In this document: positions 39,594 to 51,370 of the stretch, in pieces | Numbering within the stretch: position 1 is the first letter of the stretch | Layout of the letters: every line of letters starts with the position of its first letter | Assembly (NCBI GenBank): GCA_013265495.1 | Contig: MU058781.1 | Location: 5,023,050 to 5,087,049 of the forward strand | Length of the DNA: 64,000 nt | Direction of reading: 5' to 3' | Origin: Vicugna vicugna | Lineage: Eukaryota | Notes under the pieces: model-generated | What the model was told of the DNA's origin: nothing | Database searches by the model: none | What the model saw: only the letters and a program-made list of their open reading frames with translations | Position numbers and translations under genes: made by a program

Positions 39594-40395
39594 ACTGTTG
39601 AACTTTTTTTTGTACTTAGAATACCTAGATACTGCAGTCAGATTTTTGAAACTGCCGTATATTCACTGTTTTAAAACCCTTGAGGGGCTGTATTAATTTG
39701 TATTGCCCCTTGTGGCTGAAAAAAAAGCCTTTTTGTTTGATTTTGTTGTTTTTTTGTTTTTTGGGTTTTTTTTTTTGTAATTGTTGGGGGGAAAAAAGGT
39801 TTTTTAACCCATTTTTGAAGAGGGTGAAGTTTGGAGAACAAATTTTAAAATCATCAGTCATGTGAACAGATTTTTTCTAGAGAGGAAAAGGGATAGGAGA
39901 CACACACATACAAAAAAAACTTGAAAAGAAATGGCTTTACTCTGGCTGTCTTTTCTTCTGTCCTGTGCAAGCTGAGTTTGTCGTTGTTGAAACCGGAGAA
40001 TCCCCATTTTGTTTCTTTGGGCGGTTATGGCAGCTGAAGGCGGACGTTTCCTAACCGTAGGCAAAATGAGGAGGTGGGAGTGACTAGGTTCTCTTTACCA
40101 GCACATCACTATGCATCTGTTTGAGGAAATGAAGAAGAGAGAGAAGAAAAAGACTGCCTGCCTTGGAGGGGTCACGTGAGGGAAACCTGTGCCTGATTTC
40201 ATTAGGAAATCCATTCTGTTATTTTTTGGTGCTGTTGGCTACTTTATCAAAAAACCCTTCAATAGCATCCTTGAAGAAAAAAAAAAAAAAGGAAAAAAAA
40301 AAGTGATTGAAGCCCGAAGTGCTTCTCGGTCATGGATGTGCAATCTTTCTAACATTCCATCTTCATCTCACTGCTTGTTCACACCGTCACATGTC

Positions 40396-40403
40396 AGCAT
40401 TAA
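40396..40403 (+). promoter_or_regulatory. miR-155-5p 8mer site 2 in JARID2 3'UTR
   Basis: Second AGCATTAA. Confidence 0.75.
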
Positions 40404-40815
40404 TCTTTTCTTTTAAAACTCGTTTTGTTGGTGATGATCACATCCAGAGCCACTAGGAGGTCTGCGGTTCTTTTTGAATGTGAAAATGCATCCTGCACTC
40501 ATCCGGTCTATTTTTTCTCTTCATGTTGTAACAAAAAAAAAAAAAAGGAAAAAAAAAAGAATCCCGTCCCTTTTGTACATACGCCTGTAAATTGTTTTAA
40601 ATACTTGAGCCTTTTTCTGGGTGGGGGTGGGGAGGGTGAGAAGACGAGATGAAGAAAAGCCTTACACTTCAGTTTCTTCATCGGTTGGATTGGATGCTTA
40701 CAGGGTTTTTCTTGTAACATTTATAAGTGCTGCTTACATCACTGAACAACAACAAAAAAATAATAATAATGGAGTAGCTGTTGCCCTTCTCCGGTTGTGT
40801 GTACAGTATGTGTGG

Positions 40816-40821
40816 AATAAA
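40816..40821 (+). terminator. Candidate proximal JARID2 polyadenylation signal
   Basis: AATAAA with TGTA at 40800-40803 and downstream U/GU-rich tgttctttgtttc. Confidence 0.55.
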
Positions 40822-41201
40822 AAAGGGAAACTGTTTTCACAAGCTGTTCTTTGTTTCATAATTGGATTCACCGATCCCGTAGCTGCCCGTGTTGCACTGA
40901 GCTCGCCGGTGGGACTGTCAGGAGCGTCCTGTGACACACTTTGTCGGTGTTGTTGGAGACTGAACTGTGTTGGAATATTTAACAATGACATGAGCAGAGT
41001 CGTGTTTTCCAATGTGCTTGTCCGGTTTTTATGGCCTTGCTGTGTACTTGCCCTCTTTTGGACAGTGAACTTCTGCCTCCGGCTTACGGTCTGACGTTTA
41101 ATTTATTAGCGCTGCTCTGCACCCTCCCCCGGGAGGGAAGACTTCATGTTGTTTATTGCCAGTTTTTGTTTACTTTTCAGGTTTGTACTACAAGGTTTAA
41201 T

Positions 41202-41207
41202 AATAAA
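41202..41207 (+). terminator. Distal JARID2 polyadenylation signal
   Basis: AATAAA with upstream TGTA (41184-41187) and downstream GU-rich tgtgtcttgtg (~41228-41238). Confidence 0.85.
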
Positions 41208-41841
41208 AACAAAGTTTTTTGGACACCTGTGTCTTGTGGAAGATGAGTGAATGAAATGAGCTCTTTCTTTTCTGTTAAATGGGCCGAGGATCCGTCCCCT
41301 CAGCCGGGGAGTGAACACCGTGTTTTAATCTCACTTTCCACCTGCTGGTGCTTGTCTGGATCCCCTGTGAGCAAAACCAGCAGCTGCCGTTTGCCCCTCA
41401 CTTTCTGTGGGGCCCTAGGGACCGGCGGGCGGGCCGCCCCGCTGCATGGAGGTCAGGCCACCTGGCTGTCAGTGCCCCTCCTGTGCCGTCCCACCCCAGG
41501 CCGTGAGTGACGGGAGGCAGGCGCCCATGGCACCAGTGTCCCGGCAGGAGGGGGAATGAATGGCATGTGGACTTGGCTTACGTTTGTTTCTCTTCCTCTG
41601 GGCCAAGGTGTATGCTCTGCTCTTCAAGGAGAGGGTGCTTGCTGGACTTAATAACTGTTTAACGGTCAGGTGAAAACCCGAACTCGGGCAGAGCTGAGAG
41701 GAGCACAGTGTCCTGCCTGCAGAGGGCTTTCTGTGCTGCGCTGGGCCGGTGCGGACGCTGACTCCCTGGCCGGGCCTGCACAGCGTGTGTATTGGAGCCT
41801 CTCTGTACAAACTGGCCGGGTGCTGTTTAAAAGCCTCAAAC

Positions 41842-41847
41842 TTTATT
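41842..41847 (-). terminator. DTNBP1 polyadenylation signal
   Basis: TTTATT on + (AATAAA on -), ~145 nt downstream of the DTNBP1 stop. Confidence 0.85.
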
Positions 41848-41992
41848 GTCAGCTGTTCTTTCAGTCAGTTTCTCACACGTTACTGGCAACTGTGTAAAAA
41901 CCAAGAGCCTCCCTAAAACCACCTGCCTTCACAGTGGGATCCTCGTGCGGCCGAGTCTGCCTCCTGAGGTGGTCAGAGCGCGGGCGCCGGGC

Positions 41993-42210
41993 TTAGGAGT
42001 CACTGTCGTCGGTGTGTAAGGTGGCGAGGGCGGTGTCCACCTCCACTCCCTCCTCGTCAGACTGAACCACGGGGGACTCCTCACCTTCGCTGGGCTCCTG
42101 GGCGGCCGGGTCAGTACAGGGTGAGGGTGAGGCGGGCGGCGTGACTCGCAAGTGGGAGGGATGTGGAACCTCAAGGGTGACTTCGTGCTGACCGGTACCT
42201 GCGTCCAGCC
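41993..42210 (-). CDS. DTNBP1: DTNBP1 (dysbindin-1) terminal coding exon (exon 10 equivalent), acidic PEST-like tail
   Basis: Minus-strand acceptor ttttctgctttatctcacag|GG; (G)LDAGTGQHEVTLEVPHPS...EGEESPVVQSDEEGVEVDTALATLHTDDSDS then TAA (41993-41995). Confidence 0.95.
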
Positions 42211-43319
42211 CTGTGAGATAAAGCAGAAAAGGGCCTGTCATGGAAGGACTGCAACTGAGCATCGCCACCGAGGAGGGGCGCTCTTCCTGTGATGCGGGGG
42301 CTGTGGGGACTGCCACCGGTGACCCACCCCAGTGTCCGGTAACACACTGGGCCCAAGGCCAGCACTGCGTTTCTCCGAGGAGCAGTCCTCGTCACCTGGA
42401 TGATCTACATTTAGCTCCTTACATCCTTTGATGCAATTCAGAGAAATCGACGCTCAGGGAAGACTCTTGTGGATCCTCTTAAAGGAACCAAGACCACGCA
42501 TGGAGGACAGAGCCTCTTCCTGATGCTGGGACAGCACTGTGCGCACCGCTCTGTTAAGAACTCCGGATGACACAGGTGACAGGAAGCCCAGGGGCTCGAC
42601 TTCGAGGACCTGTAGCCCGAGGGTGGTTTCGCGGGCTCAGGGGCTGCTGGGAGGCTGGCCTCTGCCTTGTATGTGGAGGAAACTTGGCCGCGTGCTCTGC
42701 AAGGATGTGCACTGAGACCACCCACCCAGAAGGAATAGTCTGAAATTTTAAATAATCTGAGCCCAAGTATAGGGCCAGAACTCAGTAAGTATTTGCTGAA
42801 TGGATGTGAAATAGAATTTTGGGACGGCATTAAGTGGAGTTAATGTGCCCAGAGGGTTGCAGCTAATTTTTAAAACACAAGCCAGGTGCTGAACACACAC
42901 CCTGGCCGTGCCTACAACAGGGTGAAATAAGTAGCTGCTGAATGGTGGCGGGGGTCGGGGGGGACCGAGTCTGAGCCACACAGGAGAGCTCCCACCTCCC
43001 CTAAACTCTAGTGTGGACCACAAAAACCCAACTCACTCATTTCTGAGAGAGAGGAGGAGGAACACTGTTAAGAAAGCTCCCTGTTCTCTGAAGGTCTTTG
43101 GGTTGAGCACTTAGAATCTTTGAGAAATTCATGATCACAACAGCCAGTGTTCATTTGTCCACTTCTGAGAGGCCAGACCCGCGTGGGGAACAGGGCTTAG
43201 CAGAACAAGAAGGGATCTGCACCCTGTGCCTGATCAAATTACCCTGTTACCAGCCCCGCTCCTGGAGGGAAATTACCGTACTAAGTGTTACTAAGTCTGT
43301 GCAGGCTCGCCCGTCCTAC

Positions 43320-43463
43320 CTGAGTCCGGCGAAAGCACAGTGTTATCTTCACCACCAGAATTCAGGAAGACATCCAGGGCCTCCTGGTCGGAGATGTCCA
43401 TCAGATCCATCTGCTCCAGCATGTCCACATTCACCTCCATGGATGACATGCTGCCCATGGGCT
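43320..43463 (-). CDS. DTNBP1: DTNBP1 exon 9 equivalent (dysbindin domain)
   Basis: tctcccccag|AG ... G|GTAGGA; (E)[47 protein letters not shown](G); 144 nt, phase 1 to 1. Translated by hand. Confidence 0.97.
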
Positions 43464-46400
43464 CTGGGGGAGATCACAGAGTAAGAGATTGGACCTGCTG
43501 TCACTTCATAATACTGTGATGGGGGGCTCCAGCTGTGCTAGGCTGGCCGCCCTGTGTTTTCTAGGTGTGAGTTACCCTCTGCCACTCCAGACTTTTTTAG
43601 AATTTGCAGCAATGTATCATTTCCATGTCCTACTTTGGTGCTTTAACTCCATCCTGGCTTAACCTTGGTTACTGTTACCTCTTACACAGCAGTTTTCCTT
43701 TTCAGCCATGGCCCTTGGCTCACAGGGGCTGGAGGCAAACCCCTTTCTGCTTTAAGCAGTTCTTGGCTTGGGAGTTGGGCACTGACTGTCCTACAACAGC
43801 ATGAGATCAGCAGCCTCCCTGTGGTTTATTGCAATTCCACTGTAAGTTTTTCCTGTCCCTCTGACATTTCTCTAGTCTTCAGTCTTAACAGCAATGTTTG
43901 GGCATCTGCAAGCTGGCAAGTGGGAACCAAGAACTCCCTGCAGTGAAAAGCAGAGACCGGAAAACACGGGCCAGCCAGCAAGGAGAGGCTGTAGAACCAG
44001 TAGGAGCCTGTCTCAGTCTGGGCACTGTAAGGGATGCCACCTGGGCCTGGAGTTTATTTAAACTACCTCTGTGGTCCAGAAAACTGCAAGCCAGTTAATT
44101 TAAATCAGCTCTTCAACCATGCATGATGATGCATGTCACAAGTCTGTCACAGATTTCTCGGTGTGGACACACCCTTAACCCCAGGTCTCACAGGAATATA
44201 CACACACTTGGCACAAAATCCAATCCAGAATTTACAGCACATGGAAATACATCACTATGAGTAAGAGCATCCTTTCCCAAGAATTTTAAATGACTTTAAA
44301 TATTTTAAAGAAATTAAAGATGGAATCAAACAATGAAAAAGCATCAAAAATCAGATCAGGTATTTGAAAAAGAGTCAACTACCAAGTAGGAAAAAAAATC
44401 AGTGAAACTTAAAACTCTGGACATGAGTTACATTAAAGATCAGTGAGAACCAAGTAGAAAATTAGTAAGCTGTAAGACTGAAAAATTCTCCACTGCACAG
44501 CGAAGAAACAAGTGCTCAGTATGAAAGCGCTAAGAGGTGGAAAATGCAGACGTTTAACATGTTCACAGATCTGAAATGAGAACGGAGCCGGCGCAGGGAG
44601 CAGCAGCACTCGAGGAGGCCGATCATCTCCCAGACCTGCTGAAAGACTCGATATCCCAGACACGGGGACAAAATATATTCCAAGCAAGTCAGATAAAAGC
44701 AGTCCTCCCCTGATCACTGCAATGAACGTCAAGAGAGGAAGGGCAGGTGAAGAAAGAAGGAAATAATGAGACCGACAGCTTGTCAACAAGACAGTGAAAT
44801 AACAAGTTCAAAGAGGTAGGTGTCACGTCTACAATGACATGTCATTAAGGAGCATTTAAGATCAAGTGTCAGGTACAACTTCCGCTGAGCCTGCTCTCAG
44901 CAAAAAGCCCAGCCAGAGGGGAGGTCGGCGACAGGTCCTGGGGGAGACTCAAGTGCAAGGAAGGGTGTTCGCACAAGAGACCTGTAGGTCTGTGAGTGAA
45001 CATGTAACGCTGCATAGACAATCGTAATAGCATCTAACCTGGCGACTTCACTCAGGCTGAATCAAGGGGCTGAACGATGAGGACAGGACTGGGGCGGGGG
45101 TAGGGGAGAGGAGCCGGAGCCCTGGTTAGTCTGGGGGGAAGGCAGGGTCTCACTGTCTTCAGGCACAGGAATCATGAGAGCCGAGTACTCTAGCCAGGGA
45201 CGAGTGTAGTAACTGTTCGGCCGGGCAGGGGAAAAGCGTGTTTGGGTTGAGACGATCTCGCTCGAGGTGGCAATGCGGCACGGTCAGGAGTCGGGTGAGG
45301 TCACTGCTCTGCCATCAGCACCACCCTTGGCCACGGGGTGGGGGGGGTCACGGCCGCTTCACCGGGGACCCTGGGGCAGTGCAGTCCTCGGGCTCCTGCC
45401 AGGCTGACAGGTCAGGGGGACCTGACTACACGGGGTCCAGCTCATCCCTCTTGGGGGCGCTCTCCCACGATGGGGCACGTGTGGAGTTTCTTTGTCCCTG
45501 TGGAGGCCTTGCTGGCATTTCTGGCCTGGCTTTGACTTCAGTTTCGAAGGGAGCAAAGGCTCCTTTTTGGAATGAAGCCAGGCAGTGGTCACAGTAAATT
45601 TGGTTCATTAACATTTGCTGTAATCACTGATTACCTGGCTTCATTACCATCTTACTAGGTGCCTTCTATTTTCCTGAAAGTGTTTCCTATAGGTGATAAA
45701 ATCTAGTTATATTCTGTTTATAGGAGATACTCCTTAAGTATAAGAACACAGAAATACTAAAAATCTAATAGAAAATGGGAAATTGGCAAACAATTAACTT
45801 GAAGAAGAAAGCTGACGTAGCTACATTAATATCAAACAAAATAGACTTGAAGGGGCAGCAAGCATTATTGGGGTAAAGAGTAGCACTTCATGATTTTTTA
45901 ATGGTTCAACTCACCAGGCGTTGCTGTGTGACTATATATGCTGTGGCTATGTTTTTCAAGTAAAACAGGGAAGAATGACAAGGAAAATGTAACAAGTCCA
46001 TAACCGTGGGGGAAAGGAGAGTTAAATGTACTTCTTTGATAATTAAGCAATCCAAAATTGAGTTTTAACAGGAAACATCTGAACAAGCAATTTACAAGCC
46101 TAAAGAAATGGACTTACAGACCCCCACGCCTGACAGTGAGAATCCTGTTCTCAAGTATACATGACACACGCCGGGAAACACACTAACAGGCCTTAAGGTC
46201 AGTCTTGAATAAGGGGGGGAAATCCCATTCTCCAACGAAAATAAAATTTAATATTTAAAAACATACTTCTAAACAGCTTCACAAGTCAACTGAGAAATCC
46301 TGGTGGGAATGTTTACAGACCCAGAAACTACTACTTATCAAAACATGTGGAGTATGTTTTGTGTAAGAGCCACGAAGAAGGCAGAAGGCACAGGTGAACA

Positions 46401-46899
46401 GTCTGATGAACACAGAAGCAAACCTAACCCCCAAGTACTGCAAAGACTGAAAAGAGGACGCCACGCTAGTGTTTGACCAACTGGACAAGTTCCATCGGCA
46501 ACTCGCTGAACTTAGCAAGAAACAGGAACCCTCTATAACCAGAAGAGAAAAAGGACAGTTGTCTCTTCCCACAGAGAAATCGTGGGAGTCAGACGGTGTC
46601 AGCAGCAAGTTCCACTCCACACAGGAAATGAGGAGATGAGCACGTGCACGTGCAGGGAAATCCAGCACCGCTGAGAAGCTGTTCTCCCTCAGCACAGAAA
46701 CGACGCCATTCCAGTCAGTCTGGACAGGACTTCTCACAGCATTTGAAAATCTGACTTTAACATTTATCCAGGAGGACAAAGGGCCAAGACCAGCCAAGGC
46801 AACTCCGAAGGGAAGGCCACGTACAAATGTGTGTGGGGCGGGGGAGGGCTCCACCAGGACTTGCTGCATCAGCGCAGGCACTAAGCACACCTGGGGCCG

Positions 46900-47040
46900 G
46901 GCGGCAGCTCCGCACAGTGTAGGGTGTGTAGCCACCAGATGCCAGCAGCACACCCCTGCCCTAGTCACAGCACACAGCTCTCCCGACACTGCCACGTGTC
47001 CCCTAGGGGACACAGCTGTCCCTGGTTGAGAACTGCCATT
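46900..47040. mobile_element. MER20-like hAT MITE
   Basis: ccaccagatgccagcagcac...gacactgccacgtgtcccctagggg...ccctggttgagaactgc. Confidence 0.75.
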
Positions 47041-47799
47041 TACTGAAGAATTGTAATTAAGATAGTGGGGTTTTGGCTCAAGGCTAGACAAACAAGAATG
47101 GCACAGAAAAGACACGATGTGTTGAAACTGACAAGACCATGCGACGCCGTGGGGAGAGGGCTGGTGCTGAGGCAGACGTAAGTTACTGCTATGGAAAAAA
47201 TTTAAAGCGGATCCTTTCACCTCATGATATACACAGAAACCAACATGGTGGATTTAAGAGCCAAATATAAAATGGAAAACACTGAAACTTTTAGAATAAA
47301 GCAGCAGAATGTTCTTAGAACTTGGAGGGAAGGACTTCCAAAACGACACAAAAACACAAACCATAAAAAGTGGGCAAAGCTGGTCACATTAAAAATAAAC
47401 ACTTAATTAAAAAAAAACCCCACACATTTAGCAAAGGCCACACTAGAACAGCAAAGCCACAGATTGAGAGATCTCCACATCAGACATAATCAGAAAAGGC
47501 CCAACCACGAGTAAGACTCAGTAAAGGAAAACCACCAACCAGAGGGAAAATGGACAATCAAGGACATGCAGATTCAAACCAAAACGGGGTATCATCTCAT
47601 ACCCATAGCCTGGCAGAAAATTTAAGTATGTGACGCTTCCAGGTGCTGACAAAGATGTGGAGAGCAGAGGGTGTACATATAGCTTTTGGGAGAGCGTGAA
47701 CTGCGTGGGTACTTTGGCAAGTAATGTGACGGGATCTCGTAAAGTCAGATGTGCTTGTCATGTGACTCGGTAATCCCTGCCCAGTTACAGACCCTAAAG

Positions 47800-47975
47800 A
47801 AGTGGTTCTCAAGATGTGGACTCCAGACCAGCAGCACCTGGGAACTAGTGAGAAATGCAACCCCCAGGTCTCACTCCAGACCTGCTGGATCAGGAGAAGC
47901 TGGGCTGGGGCCCAGTCCCCTCCCTGAACAGCCCTCCAGGAGACTGAGGCCTGCTGAAGTCTGAGATGCACTGTC
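47800..47975. mobile_element. MER5A-like hAT MITE
   Basis: agtggttctcaagatgtggactccagaccagcagcacctgggaactagtgagaaatgcaa...gaagtctgagatgcactg. Confidence 0.8.
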
Positions 47976-49088
47976 CTAAAGAGATTTACAACTGTACGAG
48001 AGATCAGAACGTCCACAACAGCAGTGTTTTTACTAAGAATCTGAAACAACTAACGCCCGTCAGCATAGCAGTGGATAAACTGTAGCACACTCCCATTCCA
48101 CAGAACTAAATGAACAAACTGGAGTGAAGCGAATGGATGGTTCTCAAAACACCTGCCTAAAAACAAGCCACGTCAAGCTACATTGTAATGCCTTTTCTGT
48201 AAAGGTTTAAAAACTTGCAGCAGGTACCGCACTCCGCTGTGGAACAGTACATGTGGGAAAAGCAAGGAGAAACAGGAGGAGGGCGGAGGTCACACCAGGA
48301 TGGGACCCCTGGCGGGGAGGGGCGTGATCAGGCCAGGAAGAGAGGGCTGAGTTCAGAGAGAGATGGGAAAAGGGGTTTCAGGGAGGTGAAGAGACGCCAG
48401 GAGCGCAGAGGGAAGGGAAGCAGGGAAGCCGTGGACGCCTGCCCACACTGCCTGCGCCTGGGGAGGAACATCAGCTGCCCATCCCGACCACTCCTCCAGA
48501 GACACCATGGCCTGGGAAGGAGAGGCTGGATGAAGGCGTTGGCGTCCGACTCCTCTGCTCCTCAGTGTGTTCCTGCGAACCATCAGAGATGCAGACGAAC
48601 ATTCATGTACCTCGATGTTCATCACAGCACCGCTTACAGAGGCAAAGAGTCTAAATGTTCAACTAGGGCACTGGCTAAGTATGTTAGGATGCATCCTGAC
48701 TGTGAAGATGTAGCTTTCAAAACAGCCTTTCCAGGAAGATCCCCCAGATGAGTATTAAGGAAAATGAGACACAAAGCCAGACTTACTTACAGTCTATATA
48801 AACAGATAGAGACTGAAAAGAATCACCCTAAGACATGAATAGGGATTATTCTGTGCTATAGAATTATGACTAACGTTTCTTCTGTCTTTTTACTTTTTTT
48901 CTTAAAGGGTATTTCATGTTTTCTAAGTATTGCCAACAAAAGCCTAGAACTACAGGAAGAGGCAGAAACAACGGTAAGACACACAGGCAGGATGCACCCA
49001 CTCTGAGTGCTGAGGTCTCAGAACAGGACGGGGCCTCTGGGCCCCCGCCGCCTCCCCGCGCGGCCCCCCGCCGCCTCCCCGCACTCGC

Positions 49089-49244
49089 CTCGCCTCTCTG
49101 CTATCTGCAGGTAGCCCGTGGACAGGTACTGCTCCATGTCCTGCTGGAAGGCTTCCTCAAAGAACTTCTGCCGCTCCTTCAGCTTCGCTTGCTGGGTCTG
49201 CTCCATTTCCAGCACCTTCTGGGCGTGCTGTGCATCGAGTTCGG
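49089..49244 (-). CDS. DTNBP1: DTNBP1 exon 8 equivalent (coiled-coil/dysbindin domain), ends at a GC donor
   Basis: tctccttag|CC; (A)[51 protein letters not shown](E); 156 nt; frame with the next exon is kept with donor GAG|GCGAGT. Confidence 0.95.
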
Positions 49245-49589
49245 CTAAGGAGACAGAATTTGGATCAGGGTCTGAAAAAGGGACTGAGGCAAAGACGGGT
49301 TATGTACACTGACTCATGGCGTCACATCTGCTTGTTGAACCGGCGCCCTGACCGCAGCGCTGCCCCCCATGCCCTTCGGCACCCCAGCACGTGGGACTCC
49401 CTCTGCCTAGATGGACCATCACCCACGCCCCCTTCACACAGCAGCTGTTCATGTTTCAAGACCCACTTCTCAGTGACTCCTTCAGCAAGCCCACTGGAAC
49501 CTGCTGTTCCATCCGGAGGCTCCACGTCCCTGAGATCAAGCTGCTGTGGCTGACTTGTCCCTCACGGCCCAGCAGGCGAAGGCCTGGGG

Positions 49590-49830
49590 TTCCTGGAGGA
49601 CTGCAACCACGTATTATTCACCTTAATATACCCAGGGCTGGGCACACAGTAAGCGCTCAATAAATGTTGAAGAGCAAGTGCATAGCCACTGTGGTCTGTG
49701 AGAAAATCACGTAGTCTTGGCTTTGCTGTCGATGAACCAGCCACTTGGCTAAGTCAGTTAACCTTTTGGAGGCTCATATGACTCATCTGAAAATGTGGGA
49801 TAGAAATATTAACCCAACACTGATGTGAAA
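49590..49830 (+). mobile_element. LINE-2 3' end followed by MIR fragment
   Basis: gggcacacagtaagcgctcaataaatgttga; then ttggctaagtcagttaacctttt...ctcatctgaaaatgtgggata. Confidence 0.6.
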
Positions 49831-50074
49831 CTTTAGAACTTTATATTCAAGTGAGGGCTGAGCCAGTAACACCGGGAACAGCTACACTGTGACCAGCCTT
49901 AGCCTTGCTGCCATCGAGAAGCCTAAATTTCCATCCCGTAAGGACCCTCTAGTGGCTCAATCTTCCCGAGGCTGCGTGGAGAACACAGATGATGCAGTCA
50001 CGTTCACCTTGTACACAGGCCAAGGGTTATTTCTGGATTTGCTTCTAACCCCCAAGTCCTTTATTCTCCACAGG

Positions 50075-50545
50075 GTGCAGTGGCAGGATTTGAAGATGGC
50101 CCCTGGGAACCCCCCCCACCTCCCTGAGAGCACACGCCCTGCATGACCCCCAGGACTCCCGTGATTAGGTTATGCTCCGTGGCTGACTTAAGAAAGAGAG
50201 TCGTCCATCCCAGGCCTGACCTCCCCTGGCTCTTAACCAGGCCTGTGCTTTTCCTGGAGACAGAGGTGAGTGTGAGAGGGATCTGACATGAGGGTCATGC
50301 CCTCTCGCTGACTTTGAGGATGGAGGGGCTGGATGCAAGGACTGCAGGTGGTGTCCAGGACCTGAGAGCCATCCCAGGCCAACAGCCAGCATGAGAACAG
50401 AAACGACAGTCCTTCCCCTGCAAGGAGCTGGACTCTGCCAACAACCTGAACAAGCTTGGAAATGGATTACTCCTGAGTCTCCAGAAAGGAATGCAGCCTG
50501 GTAAACTCCTGACTTCAGCCCATGAGACCCTGAGCAGAGATGCTG
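50075..50545 (+). mobile_element. MaLR (MLT1E/F-like) LTR
   Basis: caacagccagcatgagaacagaaac...ctgcaaggagctggactctgccaacaacctgaacaagcttggaa...ctccagaaaggaatgcagcc. Confidence 0.78.
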
Positions 50546-50550
50546 GTCAC

Positions 50551-51370
50551 AGGTTAGAATGGCCATCACCCAAAAGACAAGAGATAACAAGTGCTGGCGA
50601 GGATGTGGAGAAAAGGGAACCCTTGTGCACTGCTGGTGGGAATGTAAACTGCTGCAGCCACTGTGCAAGACAGTATGGGTATTCCTCACCAAATTAAAAC
50701 AACTACTGTGTGGTCCAGTAATTCCAATTCTGGACATATATCTAAAGGAAATGAAAACAGGGTATCAGAAAGATCTTCATTCCCATCTTTACTACATCAT
50801 TCACAATAGCCAAGATATGGAAACAGCTTAAGTGTCTGTCGACATCTGAATGGATAAAGAAGATGTGGTGTGTATATGCAAAGGAATACTATTCAGCCAT
50901 GAGAAAGAAATCCTGCCATTAGAAACAACACAGATGGGCCGGTCTTGAGGGCAGTATGCTAAGTGAGATAGGTCAGCCAAAGACAAATACCATCTGATCT
51001 CACTTATATGCGGAAACCAAAAAAGGTGAACTCATAGAAACAGTGAAGCAGTGGTAACCAGGGACAAGGGTTCGGGGAATTGGGGAGATGCTGGTCAAAG
51101 GGTGCCAACTTGCAGTTAGAAGATGAGTAAATTCTGGAGATTGAATGCACAACATTGCCATTATAGTCAACACTATCTATTATATTCTTCAAAGTTTCTC
51201 TAAGACCAGATCTTAAATGTCCCCACCACAAAAAAGAAATGGTAATTATATGACACGGTGGAGGTGTTAGCTAGCAATCATGTTGCAACACATAAATGTA
51301 TCAAATCAACATGTTGTACAACTTAAACTTACACAATGTAATAGGTTAATTATAAAAAATAAAATAAAAA
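50551..51370 (+). mobile_element. LINE-1 (L1MA-type) 3' fragment, antisense to DTNBP1
   Basis: ORF2 C-terminal relic DNKCWRGCGEKGTLVHCWWECKL (50559-50831), L1 3'UTR motifs, A-rich tail at ~51352-51370. Confidence 0.92.

Larger units (their letters stand above)
39442..41226 (+). other. JARID2: JARID2 3'UTR (end approximate)
   Basis: U/A-rich, repeat-free sequence after the stop, with miRNA seed matches, ending just past AATAAA at 41202-41207. Confidence 0.85.
44200..48900 (+). mobile_element. Mosaic of very old, degraded LINE-1 (ORF1/ORF2/3'UTR remnants) filling DTNBP1 intron 8
   Basis: A-rich + strand with L1 relics, e.g. aagaaagctgacgtagctacattaatatcaaacaaaatagactt (endonuclease region, ~45805-45850) and ctgactttaacatttatccaggaggacaaagggccaaga; boundaries approximate. 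Confidence 0.65.

Noticed and set aside
46279..47220. 313-aa minus-strand ORF
   Set aside because: Antisense to degraded L1, runs through a MER20-like element, and has no protein-like features.
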